A stretch of 60,509 nucleotides of DNA from a virus (Duplodnaviria; Caudoviricetes), in IMG/VR virus record IMGVR_UViG_3300012200_000002, positions 1 through 60,509 of that record. One strand, given 5' to 3'. Shown in pieces: positions 34,701 to 45,732 of this stretch; position 1 is the stretch's first letter, and every line of letters begins with the position of its first letter. A program made the position numbers and the translations under genes. Under the pieces are notes generated by a model. It saw only the letters and a program-made list of their open reading frames with translations, was not told the DNA's origin and ran no database searches.

Positions 34701-37700
34701 AGCCGCGCGCGCGGGCGTCCTGGGCCTGTGCTCGAGCGGTATCGGCAGCACTCTGCACATCGGCGATGTCCTGCTCGGATGGAAGCGGCGCAGCTCGCTG
34801 CTGGGCATAGCCGGGCTCGATGACATCGCCGGGGTAACGCTCGGTTGGGTAGGACACATCGACACCCAGGCGGGCGGACGCGGCCGCGTCACGCACGGGT
34901 TGTCCCGTTTCGCCGCCGCGCGCGACGGTGCCGCCGGCCACGCGCGGGTCGCTGGTCAGGTAGTAACCGGGCCCGTACAGGTTGTCCCCGCCGCGGATAG
35001 CCGACGGCTGGACGCTGGGGAAGTCGGCGCTCGTGCCGTGGTACATGCGCCTGGTGCCGGCCTCAGCCTCAGCCTCTCGCCCCAGAGTGGCCGCGCCGGT
35101 CTGGCGCGCCCTGGCTGCTGCTTGCAGGCGGTCCATTACGCCGCCGGCACGCTCGGCGAGGCCTACGCCCTCGGGGTTACGCCTGAGCAGCTCGCCGACA
35201 CCGACGTGGGCGCCGCCGAAGCCGAGGCCTGCGCCGCCAGCGATGCGTAGTCCACGCTCGAGCGGCGAGGCGCCCTCGGGAGAGGTCTGATCGGCGGCCA
35301 CGCCGCCAGCGACGGCGCCGGCAAAGTCGGTCGGTAGGGTGGGTCGCAGCCCACGCGTGCTCAGGTCGCCCGGCAGCACGCCGGTGGTGGCCTGGGCGCT
35401 GGCACGTCGGGCGCGCTGCAGCGCGCCGCTCAGGCTTGCGGTGGCGGTTCCTGTCGCGTCGAGCGTGGCGGCCGCGGCTTGTTGGGTGGTTGCGGCGGCG
35501 GCGCCTGGCGCTTGGGCAGCCCGACCCATGGCCCGCTCGAGTAGATCGGATCGTCCGGGGGTAGTGGGTCCGAAGAGACCCCCAAGCTCTTGAGTAATTC
35601 CTGGTACGTCTGCTTGTCCGACATCGCTGAGTACTCCACGGTAGGCCCTGGCCTGTGACGGCGCAAGGCCAGCTTGCGTTATGGCATTGATTATACTGGC
35701 GGCAGCATCAGCATCATTAGCATTGTCGTATGGCACCTGCAGCGAGCGGCCGGTGGTCGTCTCGACGACCGAGTGACCGGCCTGGTGCAGCGCGTCGCGC
35801 GCGCTGGTCATCTCCTCGGGCGTGCCGAAGATGGCCATGCCGATGTCGTCGAGGGCCTGGTGGTCGGGGATGTGGATCGGCACGCGATCGGCGCCCGTGG
35901 CGCGCGCGACCTGGGCGCCGACGTACTGCGCGGTGTCCTCGTTGCCGGCGGGCAGGTGGACGGCGTACTGGCCTGGCGCGACCTCACGCACACGGTGGCT
36001 GGCGGTCAGCCAGGGGAAGGTGTTGTTTTCGTCCATACCGAGCTGCGCGGCGGTGGCGGCGTCCAGACCGCCCACCAGCGGCGCACCAGCTTCCTGAGCG
36101 ACACGCGACTGGGCACGAAACTCGGCGTTCGCCGCGCGCGCCGGTCGCGCCGCGGGTTTGGTCGGCGACAGGCCGGAATACGAGCGCTGCATGCCCTGCC
36201 CCTGCAGCGGCGGGGGCTGCTTGATCAGATCACCAAACTTGTCCATCTCGGCCTTGACCGTGGGGTGGTTCATGACCGTGTCGATCTCGCCGCCGAGCTT
36301 CTGGTTGAAGACGCCGCGCTCCTCGCCGAGGCGGATGGCCTGCATCTTGTCGCCGTTTTTCCACATGTCCTCGAGCTCGGGGTCGCTGAACAGGTGGCGG
36401 ACCGCGCTCCACAGCAGCGACTGCATCTGCATGCCGTCCATGCCACGTTCGTTAGCCAGCTCGTTGAAGACGCCCTCGACGCCGCGATAGGCGGTGTCGT
36501 CGTTGGCGGCGTTGTTGAACGCCTTGCGGACCATCGGGATCTTGTCGCTGACGCGCGCGGCCTTCCTGGCCGCCTTGGCCTGCTCTTCGGGCGTGCCGTC
36601 GGCCGCGGCCTGGATGATCTTGTCGCGCGTCGCCTGGGCTTCCGCTTTGAGCTGATCGATCTTGCCCTGCCCGACGCCCGGTGATAGCTCGTCGGACAGG
36701 TTCATGATCTGCCAGTCCCAGGTGTCGTTGGTGATGCGCGGGTCGAACAGGCGGTGCTGTGCCGAGTCGTAGTTGCCGGAGAACGAGCTGGTCTTCGGCG
36801 CGCCCTTCACCGGCGCGACGCCGGTCGTGTACCCCTCGGTCGCAAAACCGCGCTTCTGCGGGTGGGTGTAGGACATCATCGGCAACGTGTCTTTGTCGTT
36901 GATCGCGTCGACAACGGCCTTCTCGATGCTGGCCGCGGTCGCGCCTGGCTCCTTGGCGGCGTCGATCGCCACCTGGCGGACGGTGCCCATGGTGCGGATC
37001 GACTCGGCGACCTGATTGGCCAGCGGCGTCTGTGAGGACATGATCGAGTTGAGCGCGAACCACTCGTCGGTGTTGTTCGGGCCGACCACACGCGCGGCGT
37101 CATCGGCCTGGTCGGCGTAGAAGTCGCGCTGGCGCAGGCTGGTGTCGGCGAGCTCGCGCAGCTCGTCCATGTGCGGCATGCCGCCCTTGTTGAGGGCCAT
37201 GACGCGCGTGCCCTTGCCCTGCAGGTCGAAGGGCAGGATGTCCTTGGACAGGTCGTTCAAGTCGAGGTGCGCGCGCCCATCACCGACGACCGTGTTGCCC
37301 TCGCGATCGACGTAGCTCGGCGCCGCAGCAGCCGCGCGCGCGGCGGCGTCGAAGCGCGACTCGGGCGTGTCCGCGTCGTAGTTGAAGGGGCGTTGCACAC
37401 CTGCGGAGCCGGCCCGTTGGCGTGCCGCTGCTTCCTCGACGCCGGTTGTGGCCGCGCCCGACTGACGCGCGCTCACCAGGCCGCGCAGGCGGTCCATGAC
37501 GCCGCCACCCGCCTGGGTCACGTCACCACCAGCGGCCGCGGCAGCCTCGGTCGGCGCCTGGCCAAGGTTGGCCATGATGTCCAGGGCCCGCTGACGTGCG
37601 CCGCGGCCCAGGTTCAGCGCGGTGTCGACGGCCGGCAGCGCGATCGTCGTGCCAGGGATGCCGGCGCGGAAGTCACGTGACAGTGGCTTGCTGAACACAT

Positions 37701-40686
37701 CTCCGGCGGCCTGGGCGATGTCAGGAAAACGCTCGGCGGCCTGGCTGGCCAGCTCGGCCGCACGTTCCGCACCAGGTGCGCGCGCGGCCACCTCGAGCGC
37801 ACGCCCGGCCAGGTGCGGACCGACCGCCAGACCTGCACCCAGCGGATCGGCGGCGGCGGCGGTAGCTTGCAGCGCGGCGGGCGCACCACCACCGGCGATG
37901 CTGCCCGCACCGCCGAACAGGACGCTGATCAGCGCCTGGTTTTTCATCGCCTCATCTTGATAGTCAGAGAGGCGCGGATTCGCGCGTGCCAGCGCGTCCA
38001 TGTCCTGGGTGCCGAAGCGCGAGCTGAGCTGCTGGCGCAGCTCCTCGTAGCGATCCGAGTCTTCGGGCGACGCCTGGCCGCTCTGCGGCGCTCGAGCGCG
38101 GATCGCCTGCATCTCGTCGTCGAGTGAGCGGTACTCGGGATCCTGGTCGCGGAGCTGGTCGTGGGCGGCCAGCACGCGCGCGTTGTAGACCAGCGGGCCG
38201 CGTGGATCCTGGGTCCAGTCCCAGGCGCCGCGGACTTGCGACGGCAGCGTCAGTGGGCCGACCTTGACCGGCTCGCCCTCACCGCGCAGCTCGGCCGCGG
38301 TCTGCTCGCGCTGCGGGCCGAGGCCGGCCCAGTTGGCCAGACCGCCGGCCGCGCGCAGCGCGATCTGGTCGGGCGTATTGGCCGTCAGGTCCTGCGCGGT
38401 CTGCACGACCTGGCCAAGCATGTGGCCGCCGTCCGGAGCGTTGTTGCCGCCGTAGCGATTGGCCTGCTCCTGGTGGAGCTGCTGGGCGTACGCGGTCGCG
38501 GCCTCAGGCGTGGCAAATACGCCCAGGTGCTTGCCGCTCGCGCGGTACTGCGCGATAGCTTCCTGGTTGGTCATGACCCGCCCGTCGTCGCTGACGGTCG
38601 GGATCAGCACTTCACCGTCATCAGTGCCGATGGAGATCGAGCGCACGGTGCTGATCGAGCCATCGGGATTGCGCACCACCGGACGATTGGTCAGGTCGAT
38701 GTTGCCTGGGGTAATCAGCCCTGGCGCTGGCGGCGCCTTCGGCTCGGGCGGGGTGTTGCCGGTGCCGAGCGGGTTGGTGAGCTGGTCGCTCGGCACGGTC
38801 TGGCTGCCCGCGGGCTGACCGGCTGGGCCACCACCGAGCAGGTGCTGGAACAGGTCGGTAAAGGCCGAGCCGAGCTGGGTACCGAGCTGCTGGACGCGGC
38901 TCTGGCCGCTGTCAACTGCAGGCGTCGTGACCGCTGGCGTCTCAACCGGCGCTGGCGTGTACGGCAGGCGATTGATGCCCTGGTCGCTCGTCGTGCTGGT
39001 CTGAGCCGCGCCGTAGCTGCCCTGCTCGTTGCGCAGGTCCTGCAGCCGTCTGGTCGTCTGCTCATCCATCGCCAGGCGCGGATCCACCCACGGCTTGGGT
39101 GGCGTCGCTTCAGTGGTCGTGGTCGTGGTGGTTGGCGTGGTCGTGTCGGTCGTGGTGCCGCTGCTGACCACCGGCTGGCCACCGCCGAACAGGCTGCTGT
39201 AGTTGCTGCCGGCACGCTCGGGTGAGACGGACACCTGGCCATACTGCTGGGCGTAGGTGGCCAGCTCGGCGCCGCTCTTGCCGAGCTGGATGCCTTTCTG
39301 GATGACCGCGCCGAGATAGCCAGGTTTGTCCGCCGTGCCAATCGCCCAGCGCACCGCGTCGGACGGGTGCTGCTCGACCCAGTCCTTGGCCGCGTCCAGG
39401 GTCATGCCCAACTGGCTGGCCAGGTTGGCGAGCTGGCCGCCCTCGTAGAACTGCAGCGGGCCAGCGCTCTTGCCGTTGTCGCCGCGGGCGTTGTTGAGGC
39501 CGCCCTCGGTCACCAGCACGGACTGCAGCGCCTTTTGGCCCTGCTCGCCGAGCCAGCTCGCGGCCTGCGCGCCCTGGCTCATGATCTGCTGGCCGCGCTG
39601 GCCAATCTGCCCGGACAGGTCGCCACCGCCACTCAGGCCGGCCGTCGTCTGGGTGGCCGCGGCGGCCGCGCCCGCGGGACCACTGGCCGTGCTCGGTGCG
39701 GGCGTCTGCGGGTTGTCGGCGAACAGCGCGCCCTGGACCGGGCCCATGAGTGCGGTCATCTGAGCCGGCGTCATCCACTCGGCGCCGCTCTTGAGCGCCG
39801 TGCCGCTCTTACCCACGTGGAAGGCACCCGAGGTCGGGTCGTAGCCGTCGGCGAAAAAGTAGTGCCCGCGGGTGCTGATGGTGACCGGGTTGCCGGTCTG
39901 CGCCTCGTTGGCGAAGGCCGACCAGTTGTCGCCAGGGACCAGGCGCGTGGGCACCTGGAGCTTGTCCATGAGCGCTTTTTCGGAGCTGAGCCCGGCCATG
40001 CCCGTATCGCTCGTCCAGCCCACGCCAGCGGCCAGGTTGGTGGCCTCGCGCAAGGTCGGGTTGCGCCCCTCGCGCATGGCGAAGTTGACCGCGGCCGCGG
40101 GCCCGCACGCGGCGTAGGCTTCGTCGCTGGTGAGCTGCGGGTCGCCGAACTGCGAGACCTGGGCGCCTGGCTGCACTGGCGGCGTGGGATTCTGGAGCGG
40201 GTTGGTGAGCTGGTCGCTGGGCATGACCGGCGGCAGCGCGGCGGTCTGCGCAGTGAGCGTCTGGGGTGCCGACGGCGGCGCGCTGGGGGCGAGGCCGGCG
40301 CGCTGGGTCAGGTCATTCCAGGTCGAGGTGGCCTGATCGGCCACACCCTGGGTCGCCTGCTGCACGCCCTGCTGTGCACCCTGCACACCTTGCTGTACCG
40401 CCTGGGTGCCCTGCTGGAGGCCCTGTGCGGCCGCCTGGACGGGCGCGCTCAGCCCAGCTCTCCCGAGCAGGTCGTTCAGGTCGAAGGGCCCTGGCATGGG
40501 CGCTGGGGGCGCCTGTGGCGGTGTGGGCGGTGTAGGCAGCGGTGGCGGCGGGGTGACCTCGGGCGGGATGCTCGCGTCGGGTGCCGGATTGGCGTCCAGG
40601 TCCTGCTGGGTGAGGTCGGCCTGCTGGGCGGCCGCGTCTTTGTGCCACAGGTCGAGGGTGTCGCGCGGCAGGCTGATGGGCGGCAT
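31717..40686 (-). CDS. Giant polyvalent virion/ejection protein (2989 aa)
   Basis: C39-like peptidase, lysozyme-like, glycosylase-like and ADP-ribosyltransferase-like motifs; see findings. Confidence 0.85.
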   Translation of the reverse strand: MPPISLPRDTLDLWHKDAAAQQADLTQQDLDANPAPDASIPPEVTPPPPLPTPPTPPQAPPAPMPGPFDLNDLLGRAGLSAPVQAAAQGLQQGTQAVQQGVQGAQQGVQQATQGVADQATSTWNDLTQRAGLAPSAPPSAPQTLTAQTAALPPVMPSDQLTNPLQNPTPPVQPGAQVSQFGDPQLTSDEAYAACGPAAAVNFAMREGRNPTLREATNLAAGVGWTSDTGMAGLSSEKALMDKLQVPTRLVPGDNWSAFANEAQTGNPVTISTRGHYFFADGYDPTSGAFHVGKSGTALKSGAEWMTPAQMTALMGPVQGALFADNPQTPAPSTASGPAGAAAAATQTTAGLSGGGDLSGQIGQRGQQIMSQGAQAASWLGEQGQKALQSVLVTEGGLNNARGDNGKSAGPLQFYEGGQLANLASQLGMTLDAAKDWVEQHPSDAVRWAIGTADKPGYLGAVIQKGIQLGKSGAELATYAQQYGQVSVSPERAGSNYSSLFGGGQPVVSSGTTTDTTTPTTTTTTTEATPPKPWVDPRLAMDEQTTRRLQDLRNEQGSYGAAQTSTTSDQGINRLPYTPAPVETPAVTTPAVDSGQSRVQQLGTQLGSAFTDLFQHLLGGGPAGQPAGSQTVPSDQLTNPLGTGNTPPEPKAPPAPGLITPGNIDLTNRPVVRNPDGSISTVRSISIGTDDGEVLIPTVSDDGRVMTNQEAIAQYRASGKHLGVFATPEAATAYAQQLHQEQANRYGGNNAPDGGHMLGQVVQTAQDLTANTPDQIALRAAGGLANWAGLGPQREQTAAELRGEGEPVKVGPLTLPSQVRGAWDWTQDPRGPLVYNARVLAAHDQLRDQDPEYRSLDDEMQAIRARAPQSGQASPEDSDRYEELRQQLSSRFGTQDMDALARANPRLSDYQDEAMKNQALISVLFGGAGSIAGGGAPAALQATAAAADPLGAGLAVGPHLAGRALEVAARAPGAERAAELASQAAERFPDIAQAAGDVFSKPLSRDFRAGIPGTTIALPAVDTALNLGRGARQRALDIMANLGQAPTEAAAAAGGDVTQAGGGVMDRLRGLVSARQSGAATTGVEEAAARQRAGSAGVQRPFNYDADTPESRFDAAARAAAAAPSYVDREGNTVVGDGRAHLDLNDLSKDILPFDLQGKGTRVMALNKGGMPHMDELRELADTSLRQRDFYADQADDAARVVGPNNTDEWFALNSIMSSQTPLANQVAESIRTMGTVRQVAIDAAKEPGATAASIEKAVVDAINDKDTLPMMSYTHPQKRGFATEGYTTGVAPVKGAPKTSSFSGNYDSAQHRLFDPRITNDTWDWQIMNLSDELSPGVGQGKIDQLKAEAQATRDKIIQAAADGTPEEQAKAARKAARVSDKIPMVRKAFNNAANDDTAYRGVEGVFNELANERGMDGMQMQSLLWSAVRHLFSDPELEDMWKNGDKMQAIRLGEERGVFNQKLGGEIDTVMNHPTVKAEMDKFGDLIKQPPPLQGQGMQRSYSGLSPTKPAARPARAANAEFRAQSRVAQEAGAPLVGGLDAATAAQLGMDENNTFPWLTASHRVREVAPGQYAVHLPAGNEDTAQYVGAQVARATGADRVPIHIPDHQALDDIGMAIFGTPEEMTSARDALHQAGHSVVETTTGRSLQVPYDNANDADAAASIINAITQAGLAPSQARAYRGVLSDVGQADVPGITQELGGLFGPTTPGRSDLLERAMGRAAQAPGAAAATTQQAAAATLDATGTATASLSGALQRARRASAQATTGVLPGDLSTRGLRPTLPTDFAGAVAGGVAADQTSPEGASPLERGLRIAGGAGLGFGGAHVGVGELLRRNPEGVGLAERAGGVMDRLQAAARARQTGAATLGREAEAEAGTRRMYHGTSADFPSVQPSAIRGGDNLYGPGYYLTSDPRVAGGTVARGGETGQPVRDAAASARLGVDVSYPTERYPGDVIEPGYAQQRAAPLPSEQDIADVQSAADTARAQAQDARARGSSGYADAQEQAAAIYEQQLARMRSPSGPNVRAVDVPQDMNLFDADARMQPDAVHAIADRLPPGARQALINSALPAENTNPMLRAQVLGRDNATGDELYRHLEQLVADPQKVLRDAGYDGITYAGGKRVPMTDATGAPIEHTAHVIFPEALDKIRNATSGRQGGQIQLPMALHLGGALAGGATGYETTPEDTDWKERAVRTVVGSILGETGAAGALHGVQAGQVARAAGTTAGISRLVNAYHSGNVVMGPATAAKVAMHSAFSPAWNYGTQTGRDLLTLNLDRAMGRTVGTLHSLPEMGRDFLSGFSSAGGNTWSGNPLVDAYLGATHAMGGGLHAGMQNVSAQMVRRMELGAAAGEHVASLKGRGIQGLGDIASLIADPSKLPPEAVARAEDLANRAGLRQPAGTGQAAIERALSHIRDTPALGALSNFLLPVFSIGARGFARGVEASPLGLAGTAFDVARGEVGLGPYARRVPPRMPPPPPPGSPQRMQWLTNTGPWTPTAPQPGRFSRTGEAVTPLADRLTHNLVGTAITSFLASKALDGTVTGDGPSDPTAMANLQASGWRPKSVLLPNGQYYSTQRLPDQLKTPFELAGIYGDAVREHPDDPTGTAAQLATHVFDVLGQGAPGIQQLGLTADVLKGDPYALSQLIGGTGGGYVPLSAGLSNLASANDPLARKIPTSGTSPSDPLSYLPAIAAGFQQNLPWTRGELSPQTTMLGQPKLNPAAGLQQLLPLRTPGAVPEGTPGLESLRVLGEHEVTLPGVKKVAGMDPTEEEKMQYEQNRAAILDRIVPAAAASPSFQSAPDNLKRDVLQKAVSLADAQANQQYQASLSHDDLRTRISTQYDKDLQAANTPVQKDAADKARDSKLAALAWTEVPHYGGISSSQSPEEIAQQNLAVRDAKARVTEYQRGLEAMGVRKDDSRDRAERLLRRDDPVAYRLSQRDNRDADVLARERKKIDAKTNGGLSRSAELAAEFQALTGNTLPLTPPRSDVAA

Positions 40687-40689
40687 GGC

Positions 40690-42405
40690 CTACATCCCGC
40701 TGAAGGTGGACGGCCTGGCCGAGCTCTGGCCGATCCTCGAGCGCGCGTACTGCTCATTGAAACCCTGCACGTCGGCGCCGATCGCCGCGCCGCCGCCCTC
40801 AAACATCTGTTTTTCCGTCGAGGTCATGCCCTCGAGCTGCTGCGGTCCGAGCGCCTGCCCGCCGCGCGCGTAGACCTGCTGCAGGCCCTGTTGGGCAGAG
40901 CTCGTGTCCTGTCCCCAGCCTTGCTGCTTGTACTGCGCGTACGGATCGGTGCGGCCAAACAGCTTGGCCACGTCGGCGGTGGTCGCCCCGCTCCAGTTCT
41001 GGCCACCACCCTGGCCGCTGGTGGCCGCGGACGACGGCTGGCCGGGGTACTGGGACTGAGCCCAGGATGGCGCGCCGTACATGTTCTGGTTGGGCGCCGC
41101 GGGCTGCTGCTGCTGAGCTTGCTGCTGCTGCTGGCCGTACTGCTGCTGGACGTACTGCTGCGTCTGGGGCACGTTCTGGTAGCCCTGCAGGTACTGGTTC
41201 TGCGGGGTGTACTGATCCAACTGCATCTGGCTGGGCATCTGGCTGGGTGTCGCACCGGCGGCCTGCGAGGTAGTGCCTGGTTGGCCGCGCAGTCCAGCAG
41301 CGCCAGGCATGACCTGGAATTGCTGCGTCTGCGGCTGCCCCTGCTGCGGGACGTACTGACCCGTCTGCATCTGGGCGTACTGCTGTTGGGCGGCCTGCTG
41401 TTGGGCGGACAACGCAGGACCGCCCTGCTGTGGGCTGTAGTTGACTTGCTGCCATGGCGGCGGCTGGGCGCCCTGGGGCTGGTACTGACCTGTCTGCATA
41501 GTCTGGACGGGTTGGCCGAGCTGCCCTGGCTGCTGCTGGGCGTACTGCCCCTGCGCCTGCTGCTGAGCCATCTGCATCTGCATGTACTGGTTCTGATCGG
41601 CCGCGCTCTGCGGCTGCATCTGGCCTGGTTGCGGCTGTGGCTGCTGCTGGCCAGGCACGCCCATACCCGCGGCCATGCCGCCCATGCTCAGCGCCGGCGA
41701 CATCTGCGCGCCTGGCTGAGGACCGCCCAGGGTGGCCGTCGACTGGCCGCTCAGGAGCTGATTGACGAAGCCTGGCAATTGCGGGTTGCCCTGCACGCCG
41801 CGCGCGAAGTTCGACGCCTGGATCCAGTTCTGCGGACCCGACAGGCTGGCCGCGGTCTTGAGCGTGTCCAGGCCGAGCTGTCCCTGGCTGACCCCAAGCT
41901 GTCCCTGGCTGACCGCGAGCTGGCCACGCTGTACGTAGTCCTGGAGTTGCTGCTGCGCCTGGGCGATCGAGAGCTGCCCGAGCTGGACTTTCTCCTGCAG
42001 GTCCTGCGAGCGCGTCTGCAGCCCCTCGGACACCAGCGCCGAGCGCTGCAGCTCGCCGAACTTGGCGTCTTCGAGATCCTGGGCACGTTGCTTGATGGCC
42101 AGCTCGGGCAGCCCTTGCTGCCGCCACTGCTGCTTCTGCCACTCGAGCGTCTGGTCGTATTCACGCTTTTGCTCCTCGAGCTGTTTGATCGAAAAGCCCG
42201 AGGAGGCCTGCATGGCCGCGACATAGCCGCTCAGGTCAGCGTTGCCGGCGGTGGCCGGGGCCGCGGCGCCGCCGCCGCCGGCCGGGCCCGCCTGGCCGCC
42301 AGGATGACCAGGCTCGCTGACGACGTTGCCGCTGGAGTCGGTGCCAACCCAGTTGCCCGCGTCGCGCGCGGCCTGACGGCCCTCGTACGTGCTCAGATCA
42401 GCCAT
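40690..42405 (-). CDS. Gln-rich putative internal virion protein
   Basis: Low-complexity Q/G/P with coiled coil; precedes the giant protein. Confidence 0.7.
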   Translation of the reverse strand: MADLSTYEGRQAARDAGNWVGTDSSGNVVSEPGHPGGQAGPAGGGGAAAPATAGNADLSGYVAAMQASSGFSIKQLEEQKREYDQTLEWQKQQWRQQGLPELAIKQRAQDLEDAKFGELQRSALVSEGLQTRSQDLQEKVQLGQLSIAQAQQQLQDYVQRGQLAVSQGQLGVSQGQLGLDTLKTAASLSGPQNWIQASNFARGVQGNPQLPGFVNQLLSGQSTATLGGPQPGAQMSPALSMGGMAAGMGVPGQQQPQPQPGQMQPQSAADQNQYMQMQMAQQQAQGQYAQQQPGQLGQPVQTMQTGQYQPQGAQPPPWQQVNYSPQQGGPALSAQQQAAQQQYAQMQTGQYVPQQGQPQTQQFQVMPGAAGLRGQPGTTSQAAGATPSQMPSQMQLDQYTPQNQYLQGYQNVPQTQQYVQQQYGQQQQQAQQQQPAAPNQNMYGAPSWAQSQYPGQPSSAATSGQGGGQNWSGATTADVAKLFGRTDPYAQYKQQGWGQDTSSAQQGLQQVYARGGQALGPQQLEGMTSTEKQMFEGGGAAIGADVQGFNEQYARSRIGQSSARPSTFSGM

Positions 42406-42408
42406 CGC

Positions 42409-44331
42409 TCAGCTCGACCCCCTTCCAAAGATCTTGGCCACGTCAGCCGGACTGGCGAACGGCGAGCCGTCAGGAGACAGGCCGGCCTGCATGTTTTTCT
42501 GATGCTGCGCGGTGTTCTGCTCGAACATCGCCTGGGCCGGGTCGGCGTTGTTGAACAGACCCAGCATGGCCGAGGCATTCGGGCCGCCGCCGGGGTTGTT
42601 GAAGTTGGTGCCCGTGCCCTGCCCCCACGTCGACGGGACCCCCGCGGTGCTTGGCAGCGGCGTCGACTGGCTGCCCAGCGCGTTGCCGCCGGGCATGGCG
42701 CTCAGGTCGATACCGGGGATGGTCTGCTTGGTGAAACCGGTGCCGGTGGTGTCCGTCGGCGGTGGAGGAGTCGCGGGCTGTGCGGTGGCGGTCGTGTCCT
42801 GGTTCAGCGCGGCGGTGTTGGCTTGCAACTGGTTCGCCTGCGCCTGCTGCTGCCCGGCTTGTGAGGCGCCGAGTTGCTGCATGTACGTGCTCATGTCCGG
42901 CGTGGCCGCTTCGGTCGGCGCCGGGCCGGCCGCGTTGGCCAGGAACTTCTGGCCGTAGGCCATCAGCCCCTCGAGCGCTTTGCCGGCCAGGTCCGAGCCA
43001 GGCGGCAGGTACTTGTTGATGTCGCCGAGCTGGGTCATGCCCGCCTGCAGCAGCGCGTTGGCGGCGTTCATGCGCGCGGTCAGCGCGGTCGTGTCGGTGC
43101 TGTAGCGACTCGAGGCAGCCGTGACGTCGGTGTTGCGCAGGCTGGTCGCGCTGGTCAGCGCGGCGTTCTGCTTGTCGGCCTCGAGCTTCTGCTGGTTGTA
43201 GGCCTCGGTGGCCTGGTTCTGGCGGACCTTCTCGGCGTAGTCCTTGGCCGTCATCTCGTCGGCGGCGGTGCGGTGGCGTTCGACGTTGTAGTCGTCGAGC
43301 TCGCCCTGGGCGGCCTTGCGATCGCCATCGGACATCTGCCACTGCTGATAGGCCTGCGACAGCTCGAGCGTCTTCTGCGCGCGCACCGAGGCGGCGTCCT
43401 CGCCACGCGCGACGGCCTGTTCGATCTCGACGCGCGCGGCGTCGGCGGCAGTCGTGGCGTTGGCCTTCAGGCGCTCGGTCTCGGCGTTCTTGTCGGCGAC
43501 CTTCTGCTGCGCCGCAGCCAGGCCGCTGGCGTCGGTGTCGGTGTACGCCAGCTTGACCTCGCCGGTGCCGGTGTTGAACGTGTAGAGGTTGTTGCCGACT
43601 TTTTCGGTGGTGTAGCTGTTGGCCGGCGGGCTGCCATCCCAGGCCGGGTTGTTGACGGCGTGGACGACGCCGGCGTTGTCCTCCTGCAGGATGTACTTGT
43701 TCTTTTCGGTCGGCGTGCCGAGGGTCGTCTTGGCTGGCGTGGGTGGCGTCCTGGCCTCGGCGGTGGTGATGTCCGAGGTCATCGTGGTGACCGAGTTGCG
43801 CAGGCTGTTGAGCTGCGACGTCTCGGCGTTGGTCGGGCCCTCATCGCCGGTCCCAGCGCGTTTGTCGATCGTGGCCTGCAACGCGTCGAGCTGCGCCTGG
43901 AGCTGATCGCGGCGGTTGCGCAGCTCGGTCGCCGAGCCAGGCCCAGATGTCGCGGGGGCGGCCGTTGTAGTGGTCGGCGTGGCCGTTGTGGCCGTTGTGG
44001 CCGCGGCGGGCGCGGCGGCGTTGCCCGTACCGAGCGGGTTGGTCAGCGTGTCCGAGCCAGGCGCGTTCGAAGCGCGTGTGGCAGCAACCGTGGCCTGCGA
44101 CGGCGCCGCTGTCGTGGTCGCGCCGGCGCCGGTCAGGTAGTCGTCCAGCGTGCCCAGGCCGCTGCCGGCGGCCGCGGCGCCGCGGTTATTGGCCTGGGTG
44201 GCCTGGGCGGCGGCGGCCTGCAGCTTGGGGTCGTTGGCGACGTTGGGCGCGAGCGGCTGGCCCTGGGTGTCGAGGACCTTGCCGGCCGAGTCGACGATGT
44301 AGGTCTTGCCGTTGTAGGTGAAATTTGGCAT
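42409..44331 (-). CDS. Ala/Thr-rich putative internal virion protein
   Basis: Coiled coils; synteny. Confidence 0.7.
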   Translation of the reverse strand: MPNFTYNGKTYIVDSAGKVLDTQGQPLAPNVANDPKLQAAAAQATQANNRGAAAAGSGLGTLDDYLTGAGATTTAAPSQATVAATRASNAPGSDTLTNPLGTGNAAAPAAATTATTATPTTTTAAPATSGPGSATELRNRRDQLQAQLDALQATIDKRAGTGDEGPTNAETSQLNSLRNSVTTMTSDITTAEARTPPTPAKTTLGTPTEKNKYILQEDNAGVVHAVNNPAWDGSPPANSYTTEKVGNNLYTFNTGTGEVKLAYTDTDASGLAAAQQKVADKNAETERLKANATTAADAARVEIEQAVARGEDAASVRAQKTLELSQAYQQWQMSDGDRKAAQGELDDYNVERHRTAADEMTAKDYAEKVRQNQATEAYNQQKLEADKQNAALTSATSLRNTDVTAASSRYSTDTTALTARMNAANALLQAGMTQLGDINKYLPPGSDLAGKALEGLMAYGQKFLANAAGPAPTEAATPDMSTYMQQLGASQAGQQQAQANQLQANTAALNQDTTATAQPATPPPPTDTTGTGFTKQTIPGIDLSAMPGGNALGSQSTPLPSTAGVPSTWGQGTGTNFNNPGGGPNASAMLGLFNNADPAQAMFEQNTAQHQKNMQAGLSPDGSPFASPADVAKIFGRGSS

Positions 44332-44334
44332 GGC

Positions 44335-45255
44335 TCAGGGCTGAGCTCCCATCTGCGTCGGCGGGATCGACGAGTTCGGCAGCGACGGCGACGGCGGCGC
44401 CGCGGGCGGCATGTCTGGCGCCGGCTGCTGGGGGCTGGGCAGCCCGCGTGGCCCGACGATGGTCGGCATCGCGTCCGGGGTGTTGCCCTTGGCCACCTGG
44501 CGGTTGGTGATGGACAGCAGTTGCTTGGCTCGTGCGACGCGCTGTTCGGGGTTCAAGCTGTCCATCATGGCGAGCTGGTAGCGGTACGGGTAGACCGCCT
44601 GCATGGCGCCCTGCTCGGCGACCGCATACGGGTCCTTGTCGCCGTTCTGCATGGCCAGCCGCACCAGCTCGTCGTGCTGCCGCCAGAACTCCGTCGGCGC
44701 GTCCATGCCGTACGGGCTGAAGTGCCACATCTCGTGGGTCGTGTCCTCGGGCACGGTGTCGTGGTTGGTCGGCATGTCACCCATGTTCTGGGCCAGCGCG
44801 GCGGCCTGGATGGTGGCCGAGTCCACAATCATGCTGGCCTGACGCTCGAACGGATTTTCGATCTTGTCTGAGGGCTGACGCTGCTTGATGACCGACTGGT
44901 CGGTGATCGTCGTCGGCGGCAGTGGTGGTGTGGGCTTGGGTGGCGGTGCGCCCTGCTGTGGCGCGGGCATGGGCGCATTGGGCGCGACCGGCGGGCCTGG
45001 CGTGGGCGGCGGCGGCGGGCTCGGCGGCGGCAGCACCGGCGCCGGAGCGCCGCCCGCGGGGGGTGGAGGAGGGCTACCTGGCGCTCCCGCGGGCGGCATC
45101 ATGGGTGGCGGCGGCGCGAGGCCGCCTGGCAGCGCCGGAGCTTGCACCGGCGGCGGTGGCGCGAGACCGAGGGCCACCAGCGGCTGCGGCAGCGGTGGGG
45201 GCATCGCCCCAGGCACCAGTGGGCGAGCGTTCAGCGGCGGAATGGGCGGCTGCAT
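44335..45255 (-). CDS. Proline-rich protein
   Basis: Poly-Pro N-terminus with an apparently folded central region. Confidence 0.7.
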   Translation of the reverse strand: MQPPIPPLNARPLVPGAMPPPLPQPLVALGLAPPPPVQAPALPGGLAPPPPMMPPAGAPGSPPPPPAGGAPAPVLPPPSPPPPPTPGPPVAPNAPMPAPQQGAPPPKPTPPLPPTTITDQSVIKQRQPSDKIENPFERQASMIVDSATIQAAALAQNMGDMPTNHDTVPEDTTHEMWHFSPYGMDAPTEFWRQHDELVRLAMQNGDKDPYAVAEQGAMQAVYPYRYQLAMMDSLNPEQRVARAKQLLSITNRQVAKGNTPDAMPTIVGPRGLPSPQQPAPDMPPAAPPSPSLPNSSIPPTQMGAQP

Positions 45256-45259
45256 GAAG

Positions 45260-45562
45260 CTACGGGCGGAAGGTCCCTGGCGCAGCGCGCGGCTGCGAGC
45301 TGGCCGGATTGGGCGGCGCGGGCACGACCACTTGCGGTCGCGGCGGCGCCGAGCGGCGGACGCCCTGGTTGTTGGTCGCCTCGATCGGCGTGCGCGCGTT
45401 GGCCTTGCTGGCGATCGCCTTCTGGGTCTTGTGCGGCGCGGTCATCTTGGCCGCGTCGATGAGGCCACGCTGCATGGCCTGGCGGAACTTGATGTCGCCG
45501 TCGTCGCCGTACTGCTGGCGGAAGCCGTCGCGGGTTTTGGCGCCGAGTTTGGTCAGCGGCAT
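45260..45562 (-). CDS. Small basic MPLTKLG-family protein
   Basis: Paralogue of 45567..45731 and 55547..55744. Confidence 0.75.
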   Translation of the reverse strand: MPLTKLGAKTRDGFRQQYGDDGDIKFRQAMQRGLIDAAKMTAPHKTQKAIASKANARTPIEATNNQGVRRSAPPRPQVVVPAPPNPASSQPRAAPGTFRP

Positions 45563-45566
45563 CCGC

Positions 45567-45731
45567 TCAGGCCTTGCCCTGACGTTTGCGGATGGAGCCG
45601 CCCTTGCGCTCCATCTTGGCCGAGTTCAGCGTGCCCTTGTTCTGGGCGGCATAAAAGTTGGCTTCGCCCTTGTCACCGTACTTTTCCTTGAACTTCGACA
45701 GGACACGAGCACCGAGCTTTGTTAAAGGCAT
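45567..45731 (-). CDS. 54-aa basic MPLTKLG-family protein (not in ORF track)
   Basis: MPLTKLGARVLSKFKEKYGDKGEANFYAAQNKGTL...; starts just after the portal stop. Confidence 0.8.
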   Translation of the reverse strand: MPLTKLGARVLSKFKEKYGDKGEANFYAAQNKGTLNSAKMERKGGSIRKRQGKA

Positions 45732-45732
45732 C

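Noticed and set aside
39367-44871. Long + strand ORFs (1165 aa and 665 aa) and many other shadow ORFs
   Set aside because: Antisense to well-formed genes; stop-poor shadow frames are expected at this GC content.
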